Part shown: positions 1 to 13,816 of the stretch, in pieces
Position numbering within the stretch: position 1 is the first letter of the stretch
Layout of the letters: every line of letters starts with the position of its first letter
NCBI GenBank assembly: GCA_030390025.1
Contig: CM059426.1
Location: 173,910,001-173,974,000 of the forward strand
DNA from: Squalus acanthias
Taxonomy: Eukaryota
Length of the DNA stretch: 64,000 nt
Reading direction: 5' to 3'
Made by a program: the position numbers and the translations under genes
The notes under the pieces: model-generated
Seen by the model: only the letters and a program-made list of their open reading frames with translations
Told to the model about the DNA's origin: nothing
Databases searched by the model: none

Positions 1-809
1 GTTATCCTCCTGTAACAAATTTGACACTGTATTTGACTTGAGGCTGGCCGGAGATGCAGTACATTGGCATATTAATGCGGGAGGGTAGGGGCTACAGAGA
101 GCAGTGGAAAAACGAAGTGGACAGCGCCAGTGGGAGCAAAGTACCAACTTTGGAATTCAAATGTTTTTCACAGGTGTTAAGATGAAACACATTAATGACA
201 TGAAAATATAAAACTATTTTCATATCTAGGCTATAAAGATTCAAAATCTAAAGCATGCCACAATTAAAATAATTACAATAAAATTAAAGGTTAGCACAAA
301 CTTTGCTAAATCAAAGCAATTTTTTTTAAGAAATAAAAGTTTTCAAGGTTTGTAAAAAGCTGAAAAATGACAACAAAACAATTACAAGATACAGAAATAT
401 AAAAAATCACCAAGCTTACAGCAAGATGCACAAAACTAAGATATAAAATTGTAAAACTATTTTTTAAAAAACAAAATTCTGCTTCTGAGCCTAAAAAGCA
501 CTCCAAATACATTTCAATGAGTCCAAAACATATAAGAAAATATATGTGTTGTTTCATGAAAATTAATTCAAGTCAATTTTTTTTTAAAGGGAATTGTATA
601 TTGCTTTTAAAATGTTGTGCTAGCTGGGGAACAGAAAGAGTTCTCATTTCTGGCATTCCTAAGTTCCCTCTACCCAAACATTATGCCTGAACCCCAATCT
701 CAAAAGTATACACTATAATGCACCAGTGAAATTTCCATTTCTCATGTTAGCCATGCTACAGCTTCTCCAAATAAGATAGCCGATTGTGGGGCAGTTTTAG
801 CTCAGGGCT

Positions 810-1960
810 TACGTCAGGGATATAAAGAAAGTAATAAGTAAAAAAAGAAGAAAAAAATTGCAAGAGATATCAAACCAAACAGCAAAAGTTTTTATAAATT
901 TATTAAGAGAAATCGTGGCAAGGGGGAATGTGAGCCCATTAAAGACAGATGTAGGTGAGAGTATAATGAACACTAAGTAAATGGCGAACTTGTTAAATTA
1001 ATACTTTGTATCCATTTTCACAGTGGAGGAAGAGGATCAGCAGTACCAAAAAACCTTAATTGAAGTCAAAAGGGAGGAACTTAGTGAATATAATATACAT
1101 TTTAAAATGGTAATGGAGAAAATAATGGGATTTACGGTAGACAAATCTCCAGGACATGATGGTTTTCACCCCAGGGTATTAAAAAAATAGATGAGGAAAT
1201 TGTAGGCACATTAATCATAATTTTCCAAAGCTCTCTTGATTCAGGAATTGTGCCTTTGGTTTGGAAAATTGCAAATATCACTCCATCATTTAAGAAAGGA
1301 GGAAGGGAGAAACCAGATAACTGCAGATTTGTCAGTTTAGCATCAGTTGTGATGAAGTTACTGGATTCTATCATCAGGGACAGAGTGACTGAGCATGTGG
1401 ATATGTATGAGCTGATCAAAGTGAGTCAGCATGGATTTGTGAAGGGTAGGTTATGTCTGACTAATCTAGTTGAATTTTTTGAGAAGGTCACTAGCATGGT
1501 GGATAGGGGAATGTCTAGGGACATTGTCTATATGAACTTCCAGAAGATATTTGATAAGGTTCTGCACAAGAAATTATTAGGAAAAATGAAAACGCATGGA
1601 ATTGAAGATACTGTTGTGACATGGGTTGGTAATTGGTTGGGAGGAGTCAGAGAGTAGGGAATAAAAGTAATGTTCTCTGATTGGCAGGCTGTGACAAGTG
1701 GTGTTATCCAGGGATCTATACTGGGATATTAGCATTTTACCATATATATCAATGACTTGGATGAAAGAAGAGAGAGTTATATGTGCAAGTTTGCAAATGA
1801 CACAAAGTTGGGAGGCACAGTAAGTTGCGTAGATGGGAGCAGGAAGTTACAAAGGGACATTGAAAGATTAAGTGAGTGGGCAAAGCTAATGGAGTTCAAT
1901 GTGGGGAAGTGTGAGGTCACCCACTTTATATCCAAGAAGACAAATCAGAATATTTCCTCA
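810..1960 (+). mobile_element. Decayed CR1 LINE fragment (RT region), in JCHAIN intron 1
   Basis: Broken ORFs with CR1 RT motifs (KKGGREKPDNCRFVSL, QHGFVKGRLCLTNL, KFANDTKLGG). Ends approximate. Confidence 0.85.
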
Positions 1961-2395
1961 ATAGTATTTGTATTTCCTTATACCAGGCAGCATCCTAGTG
2001 AATCTACATTGTACCCTTTCTAAATCCTCAATATGCTTTCGTTAGTGTGGAGCCTAATATTGCACTCAGTAGTCTAACTGAGGTCTTATCAAGGTTTTAG
2101 TTTCCTGCTTATCAATATCCCTTTGCAGTTTCCTCTGTTATGGAGGATATAATAATTTAATCACTTGTGTAGTTTAGAATCTGAATCCCATTCTAGAGTG
2201 TACCTTGGTATATTATTTTTCAGAATAACGGTTTTTTCCTCACACTCTGAAACCAAACTATTACTCGTACTGGTGAGGCAATTAATATGTGAACTGAGCT
2301 TACACCTGGGCTTTCAATACAGGAAACACTAGTTCCTCATTTTTATTAATAGTGCTTCAGATTTAGAGAGCTAGTAACCATGTCTATCTTTACAG

Positions 2396-2522
2396 CTGAC
2401 TCCGAAAGCCACCTTCTAGCTGAATCGAAATGTAAGTGTTTGAAGGTGGCATCCAGATTTGTCGTTACTGAACTACCTACTGGCGCACAAGTGGAGCATC
2501 TCGTGAGAGATATAAAAATTGT
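2396..2522 (+). CDS. JCHAIN: Immunoglobulin J chain, exon 2
   Basis: Acceptor tctttacag, donor GT|gtaagt; 127 nt, phase 1 to phase 2. Reads DSESHLLAESKCKCLKVASRFVVTELPTGAQVEHLVRDIKIV, aligning with mammalian VLVDNKCKCARITSRII...VERNIRII. Confidence 0.93.
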
Positions 2523-2934
2523 GTAAGTAGCTGCATTGTTGTTTGCTGATCATATTCACCGCACAGTAAGAAAAGGGAAAGGCGTATTACCAGAAACTGA
2601 TTGCAGGCAGTTTTGTGCTGTGAACATATGTCCACAAGAAAATGGGTTCAGACAATCTACTGGGTCCTTACAACAGAGAGGAAACAATCATCCCATCACT
2701 CAGGACTGGATCCCAGGTATAGCACAGTTCTCCTGTCGGGAACGTATATCAGGAATTTGACACACAACCCCCTCCCCCACCATAACCAACAATTTTATCT
2801 CCAAGCTGAGGCCAGAAAATCTGTCAAATTTACTCCTACATTTCTACTTCTGCATACATGAGACAGAATTCTAGGGAATTCTATTGCCTGAAAAATAGTT
2901 CCAGTAGCAGGAAAAGCAATGTGCACAGTTTTGG

Positions 2935-5900
2935 TGCACTCCTAGGGGGAGTGTTTGCTAGTGCTGTTGGGGAGGGTTTAAACTAAAATGGCAGGGGGTT
3001 GGGAACCTGTGCAGGGAGACAGAGGAAAGGGAAGCAAGGATAGAAGCAAAAGACAGGAAGGAGAAAAGCAAAAGTGGCTGTCAGTGAAATCAAGGGTGTA
3101 AATCAAACATGGCCACAGTAAATAATAATTCTAAAAGGTCTAAGAGTGTTAAAAAAACAAGCCTGAAGGCTTTGTGTCTTAATGCGAGGAGCATTCGTAA
3201 TAAGATGGATGAATTAGCTGCGCAAATAGATGTAAACGGATATGATATAATTGGGATTACAGAGACATGGCTCCAGGGTGACCAAGGCTGGGAATTCAAC
3301 ATCCAGGGGTATTCAATATACAGGAAAGACAGGCAAAAAGGAAAAGGAGGTGGGGTAGCATTGCTGGTTAAAGAGGAGATTAACACAATAGTAAGGAAGG
3401 ATATTAGCTCTGATGATGTGGAATCTGTATGGGTAGAGCTGAGAAATACCAAGGGGCAGAAAATGTTAGTGGGAGTTGTATACAGACCCCCAAACAGTAA
3501 TGCTGAGGTTGGGGATGGCATTAAATGGGAAAATTAGAGATGCGTGCAATAAGGGCACAGCAGTTATCATGGGTGACTTTAATCTACATATAGATTGGGC
3601 TAACCAAATTAGTAACAATACTGTGGAGGAGGAATTCCTAGAGTGTATACGGGATGGTTTCCTGGACCAATATGTCGAGGAACCAACTAGAGATCAGGCC
3701 ATCTTAGACTGGGTATTATGTAATGAGAAAGGATTAATTAGCAATTTTGTTGTGCGAGGCCCCTTGGGGAGGAGTGATCATAATATGATAGAATTCTTCA
3801 TTAAGATGGAGAGTGAAATAGTTGACTCAGAGACTAGGGTACTGAATTTAAATAAAGGAAACTACGATGGTATGAGGTGCGAGTTGGCTAGGATGGATTG
3901 GGGAATGTTACTTAAAGGGTTGACGGTGGATAAGCAATGGCAAACATTTAAAGATCGCATGGATGAACTACAGAATTTGTTCATCCCTGTTTGGCATAAA
4001 AATAAAAACAAAAAAGGTGACTCAACCGTGGCTAATGAGGGAAATTAGGGATAGCATAAGATCCAAGGAGAGGACATATAAATTGCCAAGAAAAAGCAGC
4101 AAACCTGAGGATTAGGAGCAGTTTAGGAATCAGCAAAGGAGGACGAAGGGATTAATTAAGAGGGGGAAAATAGAGTATGAGAGTAAGCTTTCAGGGAACA
4201 TAAAAACTGACTGTGAAAGCTTCTATAGATATGTGAAGAGAAAAAGATTGGTGAAGTCAAGCGTAGGTCCCTTGCAGTCAGAATCAGGGAATTTATAATG
4301 GGGAACAAAGAAATGGCTGACCAATTAAATACATACTTTGGTTCTGTCTTCACAAAGGAGGACACAAATAACCTCCCAGAGATGTCGGGGAACATAGGGT
4401 CTAATGAGAGGGAGGAACTGAATGAAATCAGTATTTGTAGGGAAATGGTGTTAGGGAAATTGACGGGATTGAAGGCCGATAAATCCCCAGGGCCTGATCA
4501 TCTACATCCTAGGGTACTTAAGGAAGCTGCCCTAGAAATAGTAGATGCATTGCGGTCATCTTCCAAAATTCTATAGACACTGGAACAGTTCCCATGGATT
4601 GGAGGGTAGCTAATGTAACCACACTATTTAAAAAAGGTGGTAGAGAGAAAATGGGGAATTATATACCGGTAAGCCTGACATCAGTAGTGGGGAAAATGCT
4701 AGAGTCCATTATAAAAGATGTAATAGCAGAGCACTTGGAAAACAGTGACAGAATCGGACAAATTCAACATGGATTTACAAAAGGTAAATCATGCTTGACT
4801 AATCTACTGGAATTTTTTGAGGATGTAACTGGTAGAATGGATAAGGGAGAACCAATGGATGTGGTGTATTTGGACTTTAAGAAGGCTTTCAATAAGGTCC
4901 CGCATAAGAGATTAGCATGCAAAGTTAAAGCACATGGGATTGGGGTAAGGTACTGACTTGGATAGAGAACTGGTTGGCAGACAGGAAGCAAAGAGTTGGA
5001 ATAAACGGGTCTTTTTCCGAGTGGCAGGCAGTGACTAGTGGGGTACCGCAGGGATCGGTGCTAGGACCCCAGCTATTCACAATATATATTAATGATCTAG
5101 ACGAGGGAACTAGATGTAATATCCCCAAGTTTGCAGATGACACAAAGCTGGGTGGGCAAGTGTGCTGTGAGGAGGATGAAACCCCAGTATGATTTGGACA
5201 GGTTGGGTGATTGGGCAGATGCATGGCAGATGCAGTATAATGTGGATAAATGTGAAGTTATCCACTTTGGTGGCAAAAACAGGAAGACAGATTATTATCT
5301 GAACGGCAATAGATTGGGAAAAGGGGAAGTGCAATGAGACCTGGGTGTCCTTGTGCACCAGTCACTGAAGGTAAGCATGCAGGTGCAGCAGACGGTTAAG
5401 AAGGCAAATGGTATGTTGGTCTTCATAGCGAGAGGATTCAAATACAGGAGCAAGGATGTCTTGCTGCAGTTGTACAGGGCCTTGGTGAGACCACACCTTG
5501 AGTATTGTGTGCAGTTTTGGTCGTCTTATCTGAGGAAGGATGCTCTTGCCATGGAGGGAGTGCAGCGAAGATTCACCAGACTGATACCTGGGATGGCAGG
5601 AATGATGTATGAAGAGAGATTGGGTCGATTGGGCTTGTATTCGCTAGAGCTTAGAAGAATGAGAGGGGATCTCATTGAAACTTATAAAATTCTAACAGGA
5701 CTAGACAGACTAGATGCAGGAAGGATGTTCCCGATGGCGGGAGAGTCCAGATCCAGAGGTCACAGTCTAAGGATAAGGGGTAAGCCATTTAGGACTGAGA
5801 TGAGGAGGAATTTCTTCACGCAGAGAGTGGTGAACGTGTGGAATTCTCTACCACAGAAAGCAGTTGAGGCCAATTCATTAAATATATTCAAGAAGGAGAT

Positions 5901-6055
5901 AGATATATTTCTTAAGGCTAAAGGGATCAAGGGATATGGGGAGAAAGCAGGGACAGGGTACTGAATTTGGATGATCAGCCATGATCTCATTAAATGACAG
6001 AACAGGCTCGAGGGGCCGAATGGCCTACTCCTGCTCTTATCTTCTATGTTTCTAT
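2935..6055 (+). mobile_element. CR1 LINE, end of ORF1 plus near-complete frameshifted ORF2 (APE endonuclease + RT), in JCHAIN intron 2
   Basis: ORF pieces 3109-5964 contain [37 protein letters not shown] and RPHLEYCVQFW; CR1 3' tail gggccgaatggcctactcctgctc...ctatgtttctat. Confidence 0.95.
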
Positions 6056-6870
6056 TATTCTTGCATGCTTTTTCCTAAATAAACTGTAAACTGTTGCTGC
6101 ACTGACTAAAAATGGAAAACAGTAGCATCCACAGTCAGGATTCACTGGATAAACAGTTAGTTGTTGTCCATGTTGCTGGACAAGGCGCTGTATGAGCAGT
6201 TCATGGGAGGTGTAGTGACTGTAAGAGGTGCCAGTCCATGGAAAACAGCTGATACCAGCTGATCACAAGCTGAGGAAGACCATTCATCGCTCTTCAGTTT
6301 TACCCATCCCAAAAGGCCCCAGCACATTCTGGCACCCAATTGTTTCCTAATTCATTCTAGAGTTCTTGCCCCCACTATTTTATTCGAAGTTCAACCGCCT
6401 GATATCAGTTCTAAGTCATAGAGCTACTCAGTCAACCCAGATGCTTACATAAAAAGTTCACTGTTCACCAGTTTCAATCGCACAACGTGTAGCTCAGTTG
6501 GTGTGAAACTACATTCTTAAATCATGCTAGAAGGTAAAACCCCGAAATGACTCCGGTTCAGTTTGAGTTATGCTACAAACATTGTCTCACTCTGAAGTTT
6601 AAAGTTACTTAACAGGGGCAATATAACCAATTCTTGACTTTATTAATTATCCAGCCTGTGCTCCGTTTCAGCGTTATTGCTATTCAGCCACATTGCAAAG
6701 AATTTTGGATGATTGATTTGAATTATTATTTTTGTTTTAATTGTTTTAATTAGCAGCATTATATAAACTTCATCAACAATGAAAGATGGCCACATGCAAA
6801 GTGATCTTGGAGCACATGGCTGAGAGTCTATGTAATCTTGGGATGACTGTTAATTGCTCTTTTATTACAG

Positions 6871-6951
6871 AGTTCCCATGAGAAGCAGAGAGAACATTTC
6901 AGATCCAACCTCCCCTCTTCGGACCAAGTTTGTCTACAAAATTTCAGATTT
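6871..6951 (+). CDS. JCHAIN: Immunoglobulin J chain, exon 3
   Basis: Acceptor ttttattacag, donor TT|gtatga; 81 nt, phase 2 to phase 2. Reads VPMRSRENISDPTSPLRTKFVYKISD versus human VPLNNRENISDPTSPLRTRFVYHLSD; the NIS glycosylation sequon is kept. Confidence 0.97.
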
Positions 6952-7119
6952 GTATGATTGCTATTTTTGTCACTTTTGCAATGTATAATTAGAGTGGACT
7001 TCAGATTTTATAATATATTGTGCACATGGTGTGTAGCAGAAGGAAAACAGCAGCTCAGTTATCCAGTATTAGTTATTTGAAGTAATGTTGCCTCTGGGAA
7101 ATGGATCAGATCATTCAGA

Positions 7120-9460
7120 AACAAAAGTTCTGTTAATGGGTAAGACAACAGAAGATCAGTGGGAGATGTTCAAAAAAGAATTTACGGTGATACAGAACCG
7201 GTTCATACCCCTGAGGGCCAAGAGCTCTACTTGCCAAAAAAAATGCCATGGATGACTAAAGAGGTAAGGGACAGCATAAAACTAAAAGAAAAAGCATACA
7301 AAAATGCAAAAAAATAGCACAGATCCTGGCAAATGGGAAAGATACAAAGAACAGCAAAGGGTCACAAAACAGATAGTAAGAGCTACAAAAAGGAAAGGAA
7401 ACTTGCAAGGGATATCAAAATCAACACAAAGAATTTTTACAATTATATTAGGAAAAAGAAGTTGGTCAGGAGCAATGTTGGTCCGTTAAAAACTAGAAGT
7501 GGTGTTATTGTCAATGATAATAAGGAAATGGCGGACATGTTGAATAATTACTTTGTGTCAGTATTTACAGTAGAGGAAGAGGATAGCATGCCAGAAATCC
7601 CAAGGGAACTAAATCAGGGACAGGGACTCAATAAAATTAACGTAAGTAAAATAACAGTAATGAAGAAAATAATGGCACTAAAGAGTGACAAATCCCCAGG
7701 GGCAGATGGTTTCCATCCCAGGGTTTTAAAGGAAGTAGGTGAGTACATTGCAGATGCCCTAACTATAATCTTCCAAAGTTCTGTCAATTCAGGAACCGTT
7801 CCTTTAGATTGGAAAATTGTGTATGTCACTCCACTATTTAAGAATGGTGAGAGAGGGAAACCAGGGAACTATAGATCAGTTAGCCTAACATCTGTTGTCG
7901 GGAAATTAGTAAAGTTTATAATTAAAGATTAAACACCTTGAAAATTTTCAGTTGATCAGAGAGAGCCAGCATGGATTTGTGAAAGGTGGGTCATGCCTGA
8001 CAAACCATCCTGACTTAGAAGTATATCGCCGATCCTTCATCGTCGCTGGGTCAAAATCCTAGAACTCCCTCCCTAACAGCACTGTGGGAGTACCTTCACC
8101 ACACGGACTGCAGCGGTTCAAGAAGGCGGCTCACCACCACCTTCTCAAGGGCAATTAGGGATGGGCAATAAATGCTGGCCTTGCCAGCGATGCCCACATT
8201 CCATAAACAAATTTTTAAAAAACCTGATTGAATTTTTTGAGGAGGTGACTAAAGTAGTGGACAGGGAAATGTCTATGGATGTTATTTATATGGACTTCCA
8301 GAAGGCATTTGATAAAGTTTCACATAAGAGACTGTTAACTAAGGTAGAAGCCCACAGAGTTGAGGGCAAATTATTAACCAGGTTAGGAAATTGAGACAGG
8401 CAGTAGGGATAATGGGTAGATACTCAAATTGGCAGGAGGTGACTAGTGGTGTTCCGCAGGTATCTGTGTTGGGGCCTCAACTATTCACTGTATTTATTAA
8501 TGACTTAGATGACGGCATAGAAAGTCATATATCCAATTTTGCCGATGACACAAAGATAGGTGCCATTGTATGCAGTGTAGATGAAAGCATAAAATTACAA
8601 AGGGATATCGATAGATTAAGTGAATGGGCAAAACTGTGGCAAATGGATTTCAATGCAGACAAATGTGAGGTCATCCACTTTAGACCTAAAAAGGATAGAA
8701 CAGGGTACTTTCTAAATGGTGAAAAGCTAAAAACAGTGGAAGTTCAAAGAGACTTTGGGGTTTCAGGTACATAGATCATTAAAATATCATGAACAGGAAC
8801 AGAAAATAATCAAAAAGGCTAATGGAATGCTGGCCATTATATCTAGAGAACGAGAATACAAGGGGGTAGATGTTATGTTGCAGCTATACAAAGCCCTGGT
8901 TAGACCACACCTGGAGTACTGTGAGCAGTTCTGGGCACCACACCTTAGGAAGGATATATTGGCCTTGGAGGGAGTGCAGCGTAGGTTTACCAGAATGATA
9001 CCCAGACTTCAAGGGTTAAGTTACGAGGAGCGATTACACAAATTAGGGTTGTATTCCCTAGAATTTAGAAGGTTAAGGGGTGATCTGATCGAAGTTTTCA
9101 GGATATTAAGGGGAACAGATAGGGTAGATAGAGAGAACTATTTCCGCTGGTTGGGGATTCTAGGACTAGGGGGCATAGTCAAAAAATTAGAGCCAGACCT
9201 TTCAGGAGTGAAATTAGGAAACACTTCTACACACAAAGGGTGGTAGAAGTTTGGAACTCACTTCCGCAAACAGCAATTGATGCTAGATCAATTGTTAATT
9301 TTAAATCGGAGATTGATAGCTTTTTGTTAATTAAAGGTATTAAGGGATATGGGCCAAAGGCGGGGGGTATATGGAGTTAGATCGCAGATCAGCCATGATC
9401 TCATTGAATGGCAGAACAGGATCCAGGGGCTCAATGGCCTACTCTTGTTCCTATGTTCCT
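7120..9460 (+). mobile_element. 5'-truncated decayed CR1 LINE, in JCHAIN intron 3
   Basis: RT ORF fragments 7333-9246 and CR1 3' tail near 9385-9460; interrupted at about 8005-8220. Confidence 0.9.
8005..8220 (+). mobile_element. 3' end of a second LINE family, inserted in the CR1
   Basis: Ends in ...gggcaattagggatgggcaataaatgctggccttgccagc; the same 3' UTR is at 12320-12675 (-) and about 34690-34830 (+), where it is attached to RT sequence. Confidence 0.75.
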
Positions 9461-9499
9461 AAGTAACTGTATGATTACTTTAGTGGGACATTTTAATGG

Positions 9500-9850
9500 A
9501 AGGTTAAGGGGAGACTTAATAGAAGTAATCAAAATTATGAGGCGTTTTGATAGAGCAAGTAGGGAGAAAGTATTTCCTCTGGCAAGTGGTTTGGTAACCA
9601 AAAGGTCATTGATTTAAAACAATTGGCAAAAGAACTAGAGAAGAAATGAGGAGAAATTTCTTCACACAGGGGGTTGTTAAGATCTGGAGCACACTATCTG
9701 AATAAGATTCCATAGGAACTTTCATAGAAAGGCAATTGGACATATACTTGATGAGGGCTAATTGCCAACAAAATTGGACTGCTCTTTCAAAGAGCCGGCA
9801 CAGACGTGGCAGGCCGAATGGCCTCCTTCTGTGCTGTATGTTTCTATGAT
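9500..9850 (+). mobile_element. Short CR1 3' fragment
   Basis: RLRGDLIEV motif and tail ggccgaatggcctccttctgtgctgtatgtttctatgatt. Confidence 0.8.
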
Positions 9851-10411
9851 TTATTATGTTCAAATGTTCGTTCCATGGTGTACAACACTGACAAGGTTGA
9901 AAAGAGTAGAAGAGGAGTTCATGCATGAAGAAGTAATAGTTAGCTGACACTAATGCCAGAACCTTCCTGGAAGCTGTTCCTGCTCCCGCTCCGCTGACGT
10001 AACTTCGCTGGAAGTGTGGCGGAGACCCTGTTTACACGCGCAAATGGGTTTTCTGCTATTCTTTCAGGAAAGTTAGGGTGGCAGAGTGCGAGCAGCTCAG
10101 AGGAAATTACCAGCATTATGTGGAGTTTTAAAAGCCTGTAGAGTGCAGTCGGTAGGGAAAATGAGGAAGAAAGGTATTTTGAGGACCCAGGAAAGAATGA
10201 ATTGGGGTCAGAGACTGTGCAATTTCAACACAGTGAGCATTCAGGGAGGAGAAAGTATGAGATAACATATTTGGAGCAATGACCACAGTAGTGTTGCTAG
10301 AATATAGAATGCCTACAGCCACGCATTTGTGTTGTGGATTTGTCACCTCCTCGTGACTGTTCGGTGAGAAGTTAAAGCTACATCAATTATAGGCAAAGTG
10401 GTAGAGATAAT

Positions 10412-12966
10412 GGGGGTAAGTTTTATAACCCCCGAAAACGTGCGCGGCGATCGCGATGTGCATTCAACCTGCGCCCATTCAATCTAATGCAGGCAGCACG
10501 CCAACTTCGTGCTGCCTGCTCCTTTACATGATTTCAGTGTGCAGTCAGCACTAACCACAATGTTGATTGGCTGCATGCATCAGCAGGGGCCCAAAATCGA
10601 GAGAGGCTAGCACCACTTAAAGCTAGCCTGCACCTCTTAAAGGGGAGGTGAATTGTTGCTGGAGCAGGTGCTGGAAGTCATTCTACAAGTGAATCTCACC
10701 TGGGAAACACTCAAGAATAGCACAACATGGGAGAGACTGGGCTCCAAGATTTTCTGCGCTGCACTGGAGTCCTTGGTGGCAGAGGTGGAAAGGAGGAGAG
10801 ATGTGCTCTATTCCACAGGGGGCCAGGCGGCCCTCCAGACAGGTGCTCAGAAGGCAGTGGGAGCAGATAGCCATGGTGGTCAATCCCAGGAGTCAAGTCC
10901 CGAGGACCTGGATGCAGTGCCGCAAGATGTTCAACAACCTCACACGTGTGGTCAATGCCAGTCAATGCATCTTCAAATGCCATATCCTACCAACTGCAAC
11001 ACTAGCCTCAGCAACTGCTCAATGCACCACACTCCCATCACTCACCTATCAACAATCTCTATCAATCAGGACTCATACCTCACATTCATAGTTTCACCTC
11101 ACCCTCGCACTTAACACTGCTGCAAGCCTCACACCCACATCTCACAGCTTGCACACACTATTCAACCATGCCAACCACATCATCCAAACAGATTCCATGA
11201 CACTCACTGACACACTTTCCTTTCTCTTGCAGGAGAATCTTGACACCTGCTCTGCTGATTACTGCAGGGCTCTTCCCAAGCGATCCATGCAGCAGAAGCA
11301 TTGTTTCACGATGGTCTGCTCAATGACATTTCTTGTAGCAGCATGGCTCTCATTGTATGCATTCTGCGCACGTGTGTGTGGATTGCGCACCGGAGTCATG
11401 AATCATGTCGTCAGCGGATAACCCCTGTCGCCCAGTGGTCACCCTGTGGTTTGCCGTGGTGGCTCAAAAGCAGCTGGCACAGCGGACTGCCGCAGAATGA
11501 AGGCATCATGGCTGCTGCCAGGATACCGGGCATCAACCTGCAGGATTCGCTGCCTATGGTCACACACCAGCTGGACATTGAGGGAGTGGAATCCCTTTCG
11601 GTTCCGGTACATGGCAGAGTTGACATGCAGCACCCGCAAAGTGATGTGCATGTAGTCTCTGACAAGAGAGAATGAAATGTAATCAGCTCTCTTTGAATAC
11701 AGAGCCTCAGTGACCTCCTTTACGCAACAGTGGACATCAAACTGCGAGATGTTGCAAATATCTCCATCTCCAGCCTGGAAGGAGCCAGACGCATAAAAGT
11801 TCATCGCTACGGTCACCTTCACAGCCACAGGCAATGCAGCCCATGCCCTGCTCTGAGGTTGCAGTTGTGGCTGCAGCAGGTGGCAGATTTCAGTGAGGGC
11901 ATCCTTACTGAAGCACAGACATCTCACACACTGTTCCTCACTGAGATTCAAGTACGAGAATTGCTTCCTGAACACCCTGGCCTCCTGCTGAGAGCCCTTC
12001 TCCCCCTCCCTGTTCCAGCAGCTTGTCCTGCTCTGCGTAGCCTCTGTTCAATCTCCAAATGATGCTGTATTCCAAGGGGAATGCTTATTAATGCATCCAT
12101 GTCTGACAGCAAGGAGAAGCCTCGAGGTCAGCAAAAGGTCCTTCAGCACCTGCCACACCCTCCCTGTAGATTTTCGCAACTTTAAACAACTATAGAAAGC
12201 ACCAAACACTTGTACAAGCGTATGAACAGCCAGAAGAAAACAACCAGCGACTAACCTGTAAGTAGTCGATGATCCCTTTAAATAGCGCTGGCGGGGGAGT
12301 CCTTCCTGGTGCTTTTTCTTTTATATGTTCATAGGATGTGGGCATCGTTGGCAAGGCCAGCATTTATTGCCCATCCCTAATTGCCCTTGAGAAGGTGGTG
12401 GTGAGCCGTCGCCTTGAACTACTGCAGTCCGTGTGGTGAAGGTACTCCCACAGTGCTGTTAGGCAGGGAGGTCCAGGATTTTGACCCAGCGACGATGAAG
12501 GATCGGCGATATACTTCCAAGTCAGGATGGTGTGTGACTTGGAGGGGGGAACTTGGAGGTGATGGTGTTCCCATGTGCCTGCTGCCCTTGTCCTTCTAGG
12601 TGGAAGAGGTCGCGGGTTTGGGAGGTGCTGCCGAAGAAGCCTTGGAGAGTTGCTGCAGTGCATCTTGTAGATGTAGAATGCGTGTTCAGCTGTGCGAGGT
12701 TAAGAGAGGGCGTTAGCTGTAGCGTTGAGCTCCAAAATTGCAGCGGTGGCGTCAAATCAGCATTGCAGGCTGAATGACGTCATGATCTGCCTGCTCTGCA
12801 TACTGCCGGCGGATGTTCACTGTTCACGTGCTAATGCCCTCACCAATATGGCGTCCAGCGCGATTCGCCCCACAAGTGTGCGTGTGCACCGCGGACGCCA
12901 TTTTTGAGCTCTAAGGGCACTCGTAGCAGCCAAAATACGCGCGCTATGGATCCGAATTTTACGCCA
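10412..12966. mobile_element. Degenerate, internally deleted PIF/Harbinger transposon, in JCHAIN intron 3
   Basis: Myb/SANT-like relic on + (about 10720-10955: APRFS, ALESLVAEVERRRDVLY, RTWMQCRKMFNNLT). HARBI1-like transposase relic on - (about 11237-12100: NFYASGSFQ, NRKGFHSLNVQLVCD, GDRGYPL). Weak TIRs with a candidate AAT TSD at 10409-10411 and 12967-12969. Confidence 0.85.
12320..12675 (-). mobile_element. LINE 3' end (same family as 8005-8220), inserted in the Harbinger relic
   Basis: Reverse complement of the same 3' UTR. Confidence 0.75.
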
Positions 12967-13667
12967 AATGGGTTTAATAATGCTTTATAATCCTTTTATA
13001 ACTTGGTTCTAGTGTAGCGATGGCAGTGCAGGAGCTGAGCAGATGCCGCTAATGATTTATAAGTGTAGACATTCGCAGGACTGGTGGGATATTGTGTTGT
13101 GCCATATCACTTGTCCTACTGTTCAGATTATTCTGGTGTGATGTAGAGCAGAGGCTCAAAATTATGTTCTAACAAGACCCACTTACTTCATTCATCAATT
13201 TTACAGATGGGACTCTTCCCTCAATCCTGGTTTTTATGGGGTCAGAAGAAGTCTCTCTCTTCTTTCATCCTAAGTTTCTGTTCTCTCTTGGCATCAGCTA
13301 CTCTTCCTTTTTCTGTTCCTCTTCCCCTCTCTTTGTTACTCTCTCTGATTGCTTGTAGTCCTTTCTCTGCTATTCCATTAATCTTTCGAGCTGCATTCCT
13401 TTTCCCTCAGTGATCTCTCCCAATTGCAGCTGCAGCACCCCAATCTCTTTTACAATTGTGTCTCCTTAAGTTCTATCTCTTCAAACCGTTTATCAGTTGG
13501 AGGATAACAATAAAAGATTTGAAAAGAAACAGAAAGTCTGTGCCATTCAGTATTTGACCACAGTCTGCCACAAGAGGACCCTGCAGGGAGAAAAAAATCA
13601 TTGAGCCCTGCTCCGCTGACGGAAGTGCGGCGAGTAGGATTTTCAGCCTCCACATTTGGGTGTTGAC

Positions 13668-13816
13668 CAATGTTCCCATTATGCTGCATGGCGCGGTCCC
13701 GCGCAGGCCGCTCGCCGGCTTTTAAATGGAAAATAACGCGTATGCGCGATAATTTGAATAGCCGCACATGCCGTTAAAGGGGCCACGTACCCATAAAATA
13801 ATTAATGGGAACATTG
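13668..13816. mobile_element. 149-bp hAT-like MITE
   Basis: Perfect 14-bp TIR CAATGTTCCCATTA; 8-bp TSD GTGTTGAC at 13660-13667 and 13817-13824. Confidence 0.88.

Noticed and set aside
2224-2272. AG/GT-bounded 49-nt candidate JCHAIN exon 1
   Set aside because: No ATG, and the frame compatible with exon 2 contains TGA at 2248-2250.
9952-10116. Possible small MITE
   Set aside because: Terminal inverted repeats are too degenerate to support a call.
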